Shown: positions 34,524 through 48,784, counted from the stretch's first letter. The stretch is 64,000 nt of DNA from Lepidodermella squamata (GCA_047495785.1 JBLDXI010000013.1:3348001-3412000); one strand, 5' to 3'. Translations and numbers: made by a program. Notes: generated by a model not told the origin, from the letters alone.

Positions 34524-35905
34524 ACATTGTTGCGCCTTATTGCGTGTTTTTGATCGAGAAATAATGACCATACAGTTAACAGATTTGCGAAATTTTCGAC
34601 ATTTTATAATGCGGTAACGAATTCCAATGGAGCGAATTATAATCTGAAATCAGTCTAATCTCTGAAATAATCCGTGAGAATGATCTGACATATGTATGCG
34701 GAGACGGCAAAATGATCGAAATAATGACAGCTTCGTCACCTCAAACGAAAAGAATTAATCACTGTTTTCCGAATTTTTTTTGAGAGAAACCCAAAACGTC
34801 GCGCAACGTAATTTAAAATGTCGCGCTAGTGCGTAATTAGGTGTCGCGCTTGGTTTTATTTGCGCGCACCTTTCTGTTTTGCGCGATGTAATTTTATTTG
34901 CGCGACGCCTGTCTAAAATCCAAAATTTTTGCCATTAGAATACTTTTTTGGCTTATTGAATGTTTCTATCTGACAAAATTTGGTTTTTCCAGAATTTTTT
35001 CAGTTTCATTTTCGGCCTTAAAATCCTCAAAAATTCGGAAAATAATTGTTGCCTTAAATTTATCCTTGAAATTCGGTTCCGCATGAGGCGAGTTCGTTTG
35101 AATGTGACTCTTAACTTTTGTTCTGATTTTCAATTTGTTGATAACTCCTGGTTGCTCTTTCTGGTCATTTTCTCGTTTTTTTCCGTGTGAAGTCGCATAA
35201 TGCACGCTGCTATGATATTTAGCTCAATTGACATGAATTTATTGTAATAATTATTATATCATCATATTAATATTTGTGACCGGTTCATTAGTTTTTCGCT
35301 GTTATCCAAGCTTGAACAAACATGAGTGCTAAAATATTATACGTATAGTCAAAAATTGACGAAAAAAACAATTACTGTATATAATCCATTCTCTCTGTCC
35401 TTCAATGTACATGATGTAAAACGGAAAGGCGACAATAAAAGCATTATTTTCACCTGAGATGATCATGATTATAGAAGGTATATAATTTTGCTTAGTTTTC
35501 CGCTAAACTAAAACAATAAATATTTTTATGATTTATTGCCATTTTGGTAGACCTAATGCGCTAATGTATACACACCTAAAATATAGCGAAAACGAACGAA
35601 ACACCAATTATATATAAGACTACCACCGTGATTGATGAAAATATACAAGAAAGAAGAAGAAGACGCTGTTTTCATTCTTAATAGAAGACTCTCACGCGCA
35701 ATAACACGAGGGCAGGGTGTCTCCATTCGCAAAAAAATCACCTATAAAAATCCATCCATACCTCCTGATGTAAAATGATCGCAAAAATGAGGTAGCCCAC
35801 GAGCGAGAATATAATCGACAAAAATATGGCAGACAATTAAAACCCTAAACATCTCTAAAAAATAGCCCACGTTTTTTTGGGTAATATAATTATTCAATCA
35901 ACAAT

Positions 35906-36626
35906 CTATTGATAAAAGTCGTATTTTTTGGTCCAAGCCAGGTGGAAAATCGGACGCTGCGGCGATGAGTGCGGGCTCGGCATATTTTCATCGGCCGAGT
36001 GGCCCGGGTAGCTAACTCGCCGAAGGGCAGTCATGTAACGGCCACGGTGGGAAGATCCTCGATAAGGGTGCAGCCACGCGGCTGGAACCGTCGATCGAAT
36101 GGGGCGCTGATCATAATAATTTGGCACATCGCCATATTGCGAGGCATCTACACAAAAATAAGTTCATCCTAGTTTCGGACAGGTGAAGATGTGTCTTACA
36201 GTCTTTAGCCTCGAAATCTAGATCCCCAGTTGAGTCATCACGGCCTATAACGGCGACAGTCAACATTCGCTGAGACTCGCGAGGTTCGTAAAATGAAATT
36301 TCGCCAGCTTTTTTGTAGCTATATCGGCAAACAGAGTCTAGCGAACGGAAGCGGCGTTTGCTAACATGTCTCGGCTTGTTGCTATTGTTATTATTCGATG
36401 AAAGCACATCGGGCGACTTTGAAAGCTGCTTCCTATTGACGCGCTTGAACAGGTAAGACTTGCTCGACTTGGGCTTACTGTTGCTGTCTTCGTCCTTTTG
36501 TATTACAAACACCCAATCGTCTTTGACAAAAGAGTGGAAAACAGCTTTTCGAGCCTCGTCGTCGATGCTTAAAATTTCAAAATCCGCTTGCAGGTGGGCA
36601 GGTAAATCGTTATCTCCTGCCAGCAT
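35906..36626 (-). CDS. Unknown spliced protein (probably lacks upstream exon(s))
   Basis: ORFs 36111..36626 and 35906..36127 join in frame through a 52-nt GT-AG intron 36199-36148 (EAKD|YASQYGDVPNYY). An acceptor-like tag lies just upstream of the ATG. Confidence 0.5.
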
Positions 36627-38249
36627 GTTTCCCTATATTATATACACGGGTCTATGTATGGAGCAAGAGAAATTCTTGAACAATGAATAATAATAATAAC
36701 GAGCTAACGAAAAAACGCAGGGACGAGAAAGCTATATTGAAAAATCTACAAAGAAGATATTATTGTATTATGCTATATTATTGGCACAGGGCCGCGTTTT
36801 GTCTCTGCTTTTTCCTATATATTACATCAGCCGAAGCGCGGAGCAAGAGACTCTATTCATCGAAAAAGCCGCACATCGAAGCTATATGTCGCTCTTATAT
36901 TATATGAGTTTGCACCCAAAAAATTATTACGAAAAGCTATTTTTTACGCGCTCGTATGCGTATATAGCACAAAAAATGTTTTAACATGCATCGACTCTGC
37001 GCTTGGCTGATATTATGCATGCGCGCTTTTGCCGCAGTTCCATATAGAAAAAAACCGCAAAACACTCATCAAGTGAAAAGGCTGCACTAGACAAAAATGT
37101 TCGCGAAAATTTAAATCATTATTATTATTACTTGAATCCTCCACGAGTATAATATTATAAGGAAATGCTAATATATATTCATATCAAAAATCTAAATTAA
37201 GCTGCATTACATGCGATAATAGTAGAGATCAAGCTGGCGATTTCTTGATATCGCAGCGAAATAAAATTTCCGCGATAAGAAAACCCCTTTTTAACGTGAC
37301 AGCGCGTATATAACGGCGTTGGCTCTAGAACCGCACCATGTAATAATATGAAAGCGTGTTAAAAAAACGCCATCAAAACGCAACTAATATAACGTAAATA
37401 TACGGCGTCGTTAAATTAGGCTGCCGATATCCAGAGCGGTTTTTCCTGCCAAGATCCGAGGTATATAACGCCAACATGGAGGTTGTAGATAATTCGCTGG
37501 TTTCTATAAATTATAACGTGTTCACGCAACGTTTGATATGACTGCCGATTATAGCTGCTGGGTAGTTAAATAAAAAACTGGAGCGAAAGTAACGGACTTT
37601 GCCCTCTCTGTACAAATATACAGTTAATCCTCCACCTGGCCATGAATAATAAACGCCAACTTATAGTTTCATTTCATCAATTTTTATTACTTTTCAACGC
37701 TAGAGCTTTTTTCATCGTCAAGACAACATCAATAATTATATGGCATTTATATGACAATATATCTTCTCAAGTTGTTGTTTAGGAAAAGGTCACATATATT
37801 TACACGTGTCAGTGCAAAATTGTATTAGAAGTATACACAGGAGATGTTTATTTTTCATTTTATAAGCGCGCGACCTCAAAAATTGCAGCGATTTTAAACA
37901 CAAAAAAATGCAAAAATTAAAACGAAAAACACGAGTTTCAACATGATGGCAAGTCTTCGTATTATCATTCACCTGTACATATCAATAAATATTTTCGGGT
38001 TGATTTTTATTCGATTTTTTTGTTGACTTCGACGTTTTTTGTTCGAAAAGCTAGGGCTTCATTACTTTGATTTGAAAGACTGTAAGAATTTCGTCGTGTT
38101 TTGCTATAACCTGATGTATAGTATGCACATTTTTTAAATGCAAAAAAACCAATCAAACACACAATAAAAGAGCGAGTGCTGGCGGTAAGAAAGAGAAGAA
38201 AAGAAGCGCGTAGAAAAAAAAGAAGACACTTCGATGATGATGATTTTTT

Positions 38250-41200
38250 TCAACGTTTTCGCTGCGCTAGATAGCGCTCTTTCGCGTTGACCCCATAATG
38301 CACCGTAAATATGTGGCTGGGAGACGTTTGAATGACGAATGCGTTGCGTGAACAGTCGGCTCGAACGTCGAAATTCGAGCCGAAATTAGCCCGATCTGTA
38401 CAGCTGACTTGGTGGCCGGATAGAAGGCCCAGATCGGATTGCAGAGTTGCGGTTTCGTTCGCTTTCAACAAATCGTATTGCAGCAGATCGGGCAATTTTC
38501 GAGTCTGAAATTTCAAAAATAAAAAATTAGGATTTTTCTAAAAGTCAAAATAAGGAGAAAAATCAATTTTGAATTTCAGGTTCCAGAACTGAATTTCAAA
38601 AAAAATTAAATTTAAAATTTGAAATTTTTCAAATTTTTTCGAAATTTCGATTTTTTTTACAATTTTTCAATTTTAATAAAATTCAAGACTTGCCTGATCG
38701 GTCGAATCAGGAGAGATGACGTAGATCGTTCCATTCAGGATTGTGTTGACAATTTTCAACAACGATTGGTACTGATTGCCGGCGGATGTTAGCGCCTTGC
38801 CGGAAACAACGAGTTCAAACGCCTGAATTTGAGCATTGGCTATGACAAGTTGCCGGCTGGCGGTCAGCGACATGCGGGATAGGGCAGGGTGAGCAAATAA
38901 CGGCGTGGTGAAAGGCGGCGGGATGAAAACAGGCCACTGCGAATCGCCGTCCTCCGAAAACTGCGGCGACGATGAAGAGGACGCGACTAGGCTCGACAAC
39001 GAGTTCAGCCTCGATTTCGCAGCCAGCTCAGCTCGGGAGGTGACTCCGAACTTCCTAGCGTGGTGTTTGGTTAGGGTGGCTAGAACTTGACCATTCGCAA
39101 TCGAAGAGTCTTGTTCCAATAACGTGGCGTCGTTATTAAGGTGGGACAAGGAGATCGGGGCAAGAATTTTGGCCAACCAAGCTCGGGATGAGCCAGCGAA
39201 ATTTTCGCTCGTAGGGTCATCAAGACCAAGGAGATGGAAATTCGTCTGGGAAGCATCTGGGCCGGAATACTGGAACAAATTGATCGAATCTTTGCCTGAT
39301 TGGGCGATTTCTCGGCCGAAAGCCAAGCTCGGCAAGGGCTGGGAAGGATCGTCTGCGAGTAGTTGGGCAAAATCAGGGCACAAAATTCGACCGGATAAGG
39401 TATCGATTGCTCGAGATTGATCGGCGAATAGCAGACCGTACTGGCGAAGTTGGACAAAGCCATGATAGCCTGTTATGAGTAGATCACTCTCCTTAATCGA
39501 AGGTTGCTGTCCGGCGAAAGCAGCTGATCCGGTTAGACTTGGGAATAGAATTCGAGTGCCGTCAGGTTTGAGGCCGAGAATGGGGGAGCACCAAGCATCT
39601 GTTACTATGGCTAACATTGGACCGTCTAGATCTTCTTGAATACCATCAATGCAGCCGGTGACAGGAGAATAGTGATAGCGTTGAACTTTTCCTGTTGAAA
39701 TAGAAAATTAAAATTAAAAAAAATTAAAAACCAAAATAATTCCCCAACCCCTCGAAAATTTCTATCGATATTTTCAAAATTTTCAAAATTTAGAAGTTCC
39801 AAGTTACCACTAAAAATCTAGAACCTCAAAAAATATTTTTTTTATCCGTTTCTATAATTTTGGTATTCAGTCATAAATTTTACGAAGTCAACAAAAATTT
39901 CAAATTCAATTTTCAATTTTTCAAAAATTTTCGAATGAAAATACCCGTGTCTGTAGGCAAACTTAGCTAATTTCTATTTCTAGTTCCCCTTCAAATCTCA
40001 AAAAATCGCAAAAAAGCTGAAACATTTAGCGCTTGAAGCTTAATTTTAGTAGTAAAAATGTCAAATAATTAGACCCTTAATACATTCAATAAAAATGTTT
40101 TGTTAAATGCTCAATTCCCAGTTTTCAATATAATTGTTAAAATTTCCTTGATTCTAAATTTTTCATTTGTTTCTATACCTGTTTTGACATCAGCCGTAAG
40201 AAGAACTTGGCCAGCCTTGGACGAAATCGATCGTTCATACAGAATCGCCAAATGAGTATCTCCATCAATTATCTGAGAAATTCGACCAAACGCGTCGTAG
40301 GTGAATTTAGCCGCGTTCATCGCTACAAGTTGCCTCAATGAATTGTACGCGAAATTTCTCGATCCAATCTGCGCAATACAGCCATTCGCGTCGTAAGTAA
40401 CTGACCCAACACCAGTGATTGAAACCAGCTGGTCTTGCGGGCCGGTTTTGAAGATCATATCAGCCGAAGTCAACGTGTCGGTTGCGCTCGAAGTCGCAGA
40501 TTTCACCTCGGCTAGGTTGCCACTCGGCATCGACCAAGTGAGCCCGGTCGATGTGCCGAAGCTCTTCGCCTTCTCATTCTGAAGACTCCGCTCGATTTTA
40601 ACGCTCTTAAGCAGGCTGTTGTCAGTCAACGGCGACCATTCGTAGATATGGGCGTACAACTCGTTGCTGGCTAAAACGTGCCAGAGACTTCGCTGAATAC
40701 GCCACGGTGATCGCGTGGGCGATTCAAGGTCATCCTGATGCACGATTTCATAGAAGGTCGTCGATTGAAGCAACGGACGGCGAGTGTTTGGTTCATAGAC
40801 CGTGACGTGAACCAACCGGCCATGCGTGTCCAATTCGTAGAGAATAGTCCAATTTCCGATCATTATTTTCTCAATTTTGCCGAATTCGGTAACTTTCAGG
40901 CCGGACATTGCTGGTTGGCTGTGGGAATTCGACGTCAAAATTCGGCCAGAAGCGGGCATTGCGACTTCAATTGACGAGGTATTTCGCGAAAAAGATAGAA
41001 CAATCGACGAATTGACGGAAAATTTCGCATGAAGCAACGAGCCGGAAGTTTTTGATGACGACAAAACAACCTTAAATAAAAAATTTGAAAATTAGTCTGA
41101 ATAAAAATTAACAATTAAAATTGTTTGAACATGAATTTTTTATAAAAACAGAATTAAGAATAATAATTTTTCAAAAATTTCAAAAATTGTATTACCTCTC

Positions 41201-44200
41201 GATTGAAATTTTTGTAACTTGACGATGCCACCGTGCGATGGAGGGCTGATTTTGAGATATCTACCTCGCCGTCAGAAAACGTGATTTTCATCGGCCCATT
41301 CGGCGAAAAAATCGCGTTCGCATTGCTACCAGGTGAGCTGACCGAAAAGGTCCGGGCGAAGCCCAGGCCCGAATCCAGGACGACCTCCAGATCTTTTTTC
41401 GAGGCCGCGAAAAATTCAGGTAGAGTTAAAATTCTCCGCGAAAATTCAAGGCCCTGAACGGCTCGGAAGTTGAATTTAACTAGGTTGTTCTGCCGAACAG
41501 CAGCTAGGCCATTATCGTAGCGTAGACTCATCATTTCCAACCCTCCGACAACTGAAATCGATTGAAGGATAGTTGAATTCGGGAGATAGCTGAACTGAAG
41601 GCTTCGGCCATCGGCGAAATTTCGCAGTTTCAACTGGCCGCGTTGATCAGGCTGCCATTGCGACTCGACATCGCCGAATTTTGCTGAAGTCAGCCGGCCG
41701 CGGCGCGAGTTGGCGACGTAGCCCAGCCGGACGGTTGGAAATTTGTGATGTGCTGGTTTGACTTGCATGGCTCGATCGGCATCGTCGTAGGTTACAAACA
41801 GCAACTGAACAGCGGCTTGTTGTTGCAGGGATGAATTCACAGCCGGCGTTTGCAAATTGAAAAATGTCTCGCGCTGAGGTTGCGAGGTTCGATTCAAATG
41901 CGCGATCAACACAATATTTTGAGCCACCTTAAAAAAAAACGGAATTTTTTGAAGGATTTATCGTGGATTTTTCGAAAATTAGTGGGGTAAATATGTTAAT
42001 TAATAATATGGTAAAAAATAAACAGCACAGCACAGCACCTACCGAGCTAACTAGTGAGTGATGATCAACAACTGATCTACTAGCCATCATGCTACTGCTC
42101 AGCTGAGCAGTACTAACTTGATGATCATCACGGTAAAAACCACGCATTTGATTTTGCATGCGGCCACGCGATATTGTCGTGCTGGCGCTCAGCAGAGAGC
42201 GCGGTTCAGTTACCCGAAGCTGTCGTAGAAGCTGGCCGACGCTGGTTAGCACGGCGCCCGAGGACGGCGGTGAAGTTCGACGCCATTCAACCGATAAATT
42301 GCCGTTAAGAGCCACCTGAAAAAAATGAAAAAATTACAATAAAAATGTCAATTTCTATTAAAAATCATAAATTCATATAAACAGAAGCAGGATGATTTAT
42401 CAACTGGTTTCTATAACACCGTTTTTCACTGCCTCTAAAATTCTGTAAAATTCATTCCATTTTTTGCCTCTATCTTCAAGTGATTCTGAAATTTCAAAGT
42501 TAGGCGCTCATTTTAATTAAAAATTGCAATATTTCAGAGATTTCAACCTTCAAACATTTCTGAAATTCAGGAAAATTTAATATTTATGAATTTTAAGGTT
42601 CAATTCGAAAGAATCGAGACCATTTTAAATTTGCGGCCTCGGAGACCACTTAGAGCTTGAGTAACTAGGTCGTAACCACCTTGATAATTTTTTTCAAAGA
42701 TCTATCAATTTTACCGCAAATGTGAGAATATTAGAGCTCAAGGAAAATTCTTGAAATCCCAAGTAAAAATGCCAATATTCAAAATTCTGATTCGAAAATT
42801 TCATGATTAATTTAAAATAAAAAATGAAAAGTTAATTAGAATAAATTATCGTAAAATGCTGCGTGATTCTCAGTACAAGTTCTGATCATCACTTAACCAT
42901 GGTGCAACAAAATTTTCCGAAAAATGAATTTCATTGGCTTTGTTTGGTGCCGAATTCTGAGATTATTTTCCTAGAAGTTTAATATTCCAGAAATGTAATG
43001 GCTGAGAAACTTGGTCTGTTTGCCATGATTTTTTGGTAAAAATTTGAAATCTTACGTAAACTTACCCAATTTCGGCCATCCAAACCAGCCAAACCCGAGC
43101 TTCGGCTATCAACCAAAGACATCTGGCTCACGGCGCCCGATTCGTCGCGACTCGTAATCGTCCAAACCGAAGACGATAACCTATCGATTTTCCTCTCGTT
43201 CTCGCCTTCAATCAGCAACTGATCACCCAAAACGCCGTAATTAAGAGTCTCCAACGGCGATACCGAGCTTTTCAAACGAGTAACCGCCCCTTTCCCACCC
43301 GAAACCTTAGTTTCCAGGGCAATGAAACTCGTCGATCCGGATGACGTCGCTCGGACGAGCCGGGTATTGCTGTCGTAATCGTAGACAACCCACTGCCCGT
43401 CCGGTTTTTGAACCGAGCGTAGCAAAAGCGACTCAGGGGTGTAGGTAAAAACGGTCGTGCGGTTGTTCGCATCGACAAAAACGTCCATAGGCGTCGAGGC
43501 GTCTACAACCCGGGCTGAGAACTGCTGTGAGCCAATGTTCGACGTAATGACGGATAAAAACGAGTTTTCAACAAAATTTCTCGTGAACGTCAACTCGTAA
43601 CCAGTCGCTGGGTTGGTCACCTTACTCAACGGGGCCTGCAGCGAACCTTCCGTGTGGTAGGTGAATGACAGCAGGGTGACCCCGGTACTGGCTGATACGG
43701 TCATTTTATGATTCCCAACCGCGTCGAAACGATGAATTTGGTCTAAATCTGCGTCGTAGACATCATAATGGCTATCCCCAGGCTGCGGGGTAGGGACAAA
43801 CGGCTCTAGGATATAAATCGCGTTGTCCCGTGAATCAGCCACAAAAATTCCGTTGTTGGGTAGAACGGCGAGACTGGTCGGTTCTGTGAAGGTTAAATCG
43901 CCCGCGGAGGCTGGCGATGAACTCATCAGGGCCTGGGAGGTTCGGTTAAAGGCCGGGATACACGACAATTGCGAGCATCTGAACCCAGTCACTGATTTCA
44001 CCTGCAACCTATCCGCTGATAACACCAGAACTTCAGCCGGTCTCGATTGTAATATAAACAAATCGCCGGTTAGTGAGAAGTAAATATCGGTAATCGCCCG
44101 GAAACGGTGGTTATTACCCGCCTGGTTACACCCTGATTGACGCCCGGCGACCAACACGACCTGGTCGTCGTGAGTGACGTGGTATATCACGTTGTTAACA

Positions 44201-47200
44201 TCGACAACGTACAACGAATCGTCGAATGGGTTAACCGCGACGTGGGTAGGCCATTCGATTAATTGGTTAGCCTGTTTCCTCGAGATAGGCCGGTCCCAGC
44301 ACCTTGAAACTACCGGCTCTTCAACCTCCAATTGGCCAAGGTAGGTTTCAATGATTTTCGAATCGTTCGAGATTCTGCGAACCACGTGGCCATCGGCAAT
44401 GAATAAATTGCCGTATTTGTCAAAGGCCAAGCTTTTAGGCTGGATTAGTAAGGCTTCACTACTCGAAAAACCGTCCCCACAAACATTTTGCTGTTCCGGA
44501 GCCGAACAGCCCAGGCCATTTGCGTTACCAGCAACTAATTGCAGACCCTTCTGGCTGTTACTAGGCATTAAAGAGCTCGGTAGATTGATCTTATAAACCC
44601 GTCTGCCTCGTTTATCAGCTAGATAAACCGCATCCTCAGTAGGATGAACAGCAATTCCCGATAAATCGATCATTTCACTGTTCGATAAATCGGCTGTTAA
44701 ATCGTAGAGGAGGCGCGAATCTGGCGTGGATGATGACGCGGCAATTTTTAGCAGTGCATTATCGTCTAGAACGATGAGATTCCCAGCCCGGTCTAGGGTG
44801 ATATCCCGCGGCCGGGATAGCCGAATCGCGTCAATCGCGCCTTCGCATTTGCATTCAGGGCTGTTTAGACAGCTCGAACAGCTCGTCAGAACTCGACGCC
44901 GGCCAGATTGGCCGATAATTCGGCGTAGGTACAGGTCTTCTGTGAAAATCCGGACAGAACCATCCGATCGGTATAAAATCGAGTTGTGCGGGTCGTAGTG
45001 GTGCTGCCCGGACAAGAACCAACCGGCGAAGGGCGGCGAGACCGGGGCGCAGATTGGCGATAGAATCCTGGCCCGTCTCGCGATCCAAACCGGGCTATCC
45101 GAGCAGTTTTGATAGACGTAGCCAACCCGAACCGTCGCGTAAACAACACCGGCTGATTCGGAATTGAACCGGTTTTTACCCGACCAGCTGAAGGTGTAGG
45201 TAAGACCCGGTTCGGCCTCGAAACTCCGCTCCTCAACCACGCCTTCAATCGAAATTCTCAATTTGACGAACAGCAAATTTTCAGGGACGAAATCTGACGT
45301 CATTTTGACAACGACATTCGCCAATCGAGTCCTAGCGAAATTTCCGAGCCATAACAGCCGGAAACCAGTATCGCCGATGGGTAACACCTCAACAGGATCG
45401 TTCATTTCCGGCAGAATTGTCGAGTCATGCGCGAAACCAACCGCGCCATTTTCAGCCGCCTGCCAAGTCGTGAAAACTGATGGGTTGATTTTCGAGTGAT
45501 CGTGCTGGATTTCGCAGATTTTCTCCGGTTTCTTCTCGCAGGGCGATGCTTCGATCAAAACTGGCGCTTCGAGCGTTTTAAACTCATTCCAGCCGACGTT
45601 AATTGCTAATTGCTGTGGGCATAGAGTTTTTGATGGGTGTTCGAATCGCAGCCAAACTACCCCGCCGCCCTCGACTAGTAGATCGAAGGCCCCGCCCTGT
45701 TCTCGGCTTAAGGTGTAGCCGAGATGGATGTTACTCTGAGAGCCTCCAACAGCCATTTGGTAGATTTTAACCCCAACCAAATGCGAGTTATCCTTCGCCA
45801 GTAGGACGTTACCAGCTACGACTGAGACGCGTTTTTGATCCAACCAGGCCATAGCATCGTCCCCACCCGATGGCAGTTGAGGAATGCCACGTTGGACGCC
45901 CCTTAATAGGAACGACACCCGGTCTGGGAACGGCGAGTTTGGCGGTAGGACTGGTAGAGATAACAGCTCTAAAATCGGGTTAGGAACCGTGGCGCAGGTT
46001 GGCGATTGGGAGCACAGAGCTCGAGTGCAACAGTCCGGGTCTTGACAGTCGATCAACGAATCGCCGTCTTCATCGACGCCGCCCGAGCATTTCTCACGTT
46101 GCGTTGAGCAGTCAGCGTCCTTCCAGCCTGATTCGCAGTGGCAGGCGAATTGCTGTAGCTGCGATGAATGGCCCAGCATTGCGGCTTTAACGCATTTACC
46201 GTGGGATGAACAGTTTTTCGGACAGCCTTCGATCGAGCAGAACCGGCCGTTGTAGCCGTGGAAACACTCGCAATTCGACGATTTCTCCCCGACACATCGG
46301 CCGTTTTTACAACGACTCTGGCATAGAAGAGTATCAGGATCTGGTTCTTCAGCCTTAATTTCCTCAGTTTTGCCAGGTTTTAGGGGAGATTTTTCGCCAG
46401 TTTGAAGCAGCTGATTACCGTTTTTGTCGAAAACTTCGACTGAACAAGTAGGCCCGGCGTAATTTTGCTGGCAGTAGCATTTTCCGTCAACGCAAACGCC
46501 GCGAGGTGACGAGCACCCGGCTGGACAAGCTGCCTTCTCGCAATTTGACCCGGAATAGCCAGACTGGCACCGGCAAGTTCCATCGACGCATTGGCCGTGG
46601 TTGGAACAGGCCGGATCGTCGCAGGAATTTTGCGGAGTTTGACACTCGGCGCCTTTCCAGCCAATGTCGCAAAAACATTTTGGCCCGGCGATGAGACGAC
46701 CGCGGCCGGAACAAACAACGGGACAAATCGCTAAAAATTAAACAAAAATCGTAATTAAAAAAAATAAAAATTCCTCCTTAAAAAAATTTATTTTCTCAAT
46801 TTTCAAATTAATTTCAACTATTTTTAAAAAATTTAAATTTTATTATAAATTAATTAAAAAAAAAATTGTTGAATTATTTATTTTGAGAGAATAACTTACG
46901 CATAGAGCAATCGTAGCCAGTGTAATCAGACCGACATTGACAGGTGCTTTTGCCATTTTGACCCGCCCCACAGAATCCGCGACCGTGGCAGTCATTCGGG
47001 CAACCGGTGGTTATCGACCCATGACGGAAAATTTTGACACCCAACTCGGAAACCTTAGTCTGCTTGTAGTCACCCTCTGAATAGCTCGCCGGCCTTGCGT
47101 TATCGTCATCGTTAGAAAACATGACAAACCACTGGCCTTCGTCGAGATACTCGACAAAGCCGACTGTTGAGTTATCCAGGCGATAGATGACAGATGATTG

Positions 47201-48784
47201 CTGACCGCCAGTTGACGATAATATTGAGTTATCGATCAGCTTGAAAAAATCGTAGCGGAAACGGGTTGGAGGCGCGAATCTTCGGCCGTAGATTCCGATG
47301 AGACCGTACGGTGCCGCCCCTCGAACGACATCTATCGCTACAAAATCGGCGCTATTCATGTAGAACTGAAGGCCGGATGGTGATGTTGGAGCTAGGTTGA
47401 CAGCTATCTCATTCGCGGCCGATCTAGAACTAGCAAGACCGGAGGTTAGGTTCGCAAATTCAGCCGATTTGCACGAGGTAATAGGCGAGAAATTTGTCAG
47501 GAAGCCGAAATAGGGAAGAGCGAAATAAACGAGTAAAAACGAGGTTGAAAGTAGAGCGAAAATAAGTAGAATCAACAAAATTATCGCGAAACATCTCCAC
47601 GACCCACGGCACGATAGTCGGCGGGTAACTTTCGATAACAGGGCTGAATAGGACCGAAAATCTGTGTGGTAAAGAAGGGGTCGCGTCGCCCCGGTAGCCG
47701 GGTCGTAAGACATTTGAATATTAGCGAGGCGGATAGGCACGTTTTCGAACATTTTCTCCTGAAATTTGTTGCGCTGTTTTGTTCGAGACGACATAGTGCC
47801 CAGGCCGGTTGTCGCTGTTGTCGCAACAGCCGAGTCGTGGCTCATCGATGTGCCGAAATGGCCGTGTAACGGCGTGATTTCTGTCATGATATTACCGCCT
47901 CCGACTGAGGTTCGCATAGTTTCAGGCGAATCTACCAGCCCGCCGTTGTTACTCGGGGGAGATATGAACAGATTTCCGCTATCAGTTCGCATCAGATAGC
48001 CACCCTGGGTGTCGGCTAGTGACGACGAATGGGCCGAGGATGAGTCGCCACCGTTTGGCGAGTGCGATGCCGAACGCAGTTTCCGACCCGTTGCCAGCCT
48101 AGTCCCACCACTACTGCTTCCAGTCGATGAGCTTTCAGTCGCTATTAACAAGCTACCACTGTTGTGTAAAGCAGCGAGGTTCGGCGCCATGAATGTCCCA
48201 GTCGTTGAGGCTGAGTAGACTGAGGGGGGTGTGACTGATGTTGGGGGCGATGAGGTCTTTTTCTTGCTGTTTCGGCTGTTGGGACCCGGTGACATTGATT
48301 GTTCGGAACGAGGCGGTAATGGGGGCGGAGATCGCTGCTTTTTACCCGATTTGTTCACCGAAGATACGAAGGGTTTCGGTATTAGACCTGAAAATTAAAA
48401 AAAATTAAATTGATTATAAAATTTAAAAAATTGAAATTAAATTGAATTCAAATTTTAAATTTAAATAAATTTTCAAACTTAATAAAAAATTCGTATAGTT
48501 ATTAAATTTAATATAAAATTATTAAAAAATTAATTAAATTTTAAATAATTTAATATAAAATGCAAATTCAAGTTATTCTATTATTTGAAAAATAATGTAC
48601 TATTTATATTATCCGGGAGCATGAGATACTCCTCGTTCGAGTATGTTGCATCGGGTCTGGGTAACTCTTCGTAAGACGGCGGCCTGTAAAAGCCGCCCTG
48701 ATCTTCATCTAGCCGGCGCGGGTTGTTGTACGAGTGAAATTGATGCGGCGGCACGTGGCCACCACGGCCCCAATGATCACTCAT
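38250..48784 (-). CDS. Teneurin (type II transmembrane, EGF, Cys-rich, NHL, YD/RHS repeats), 8 exons, about 2,828 aa, no Tox-GHH tail
   Basis: Exons 48784-48601, 48387-46900, 46730-43066, 42315-42043, 41927-41196, 41070-40179, 39691-38694 and 38504-38250 join in frame. Motifs include the TM segment FAIILLILLIFALL, YGRRFAPPT..YDF, EGF repeats, DEDGDSLIDCQDPDCC, FEAEPGLTYTFSW, NHL repeats and YD repeats. Confidence 0.92.

Noticed and set aside
36400-36640. Calling the orphan gene an FGF
   Set aside because: It lacks the conserved FGF core (YLCM, CxF.E); the similarity is impressionistic.
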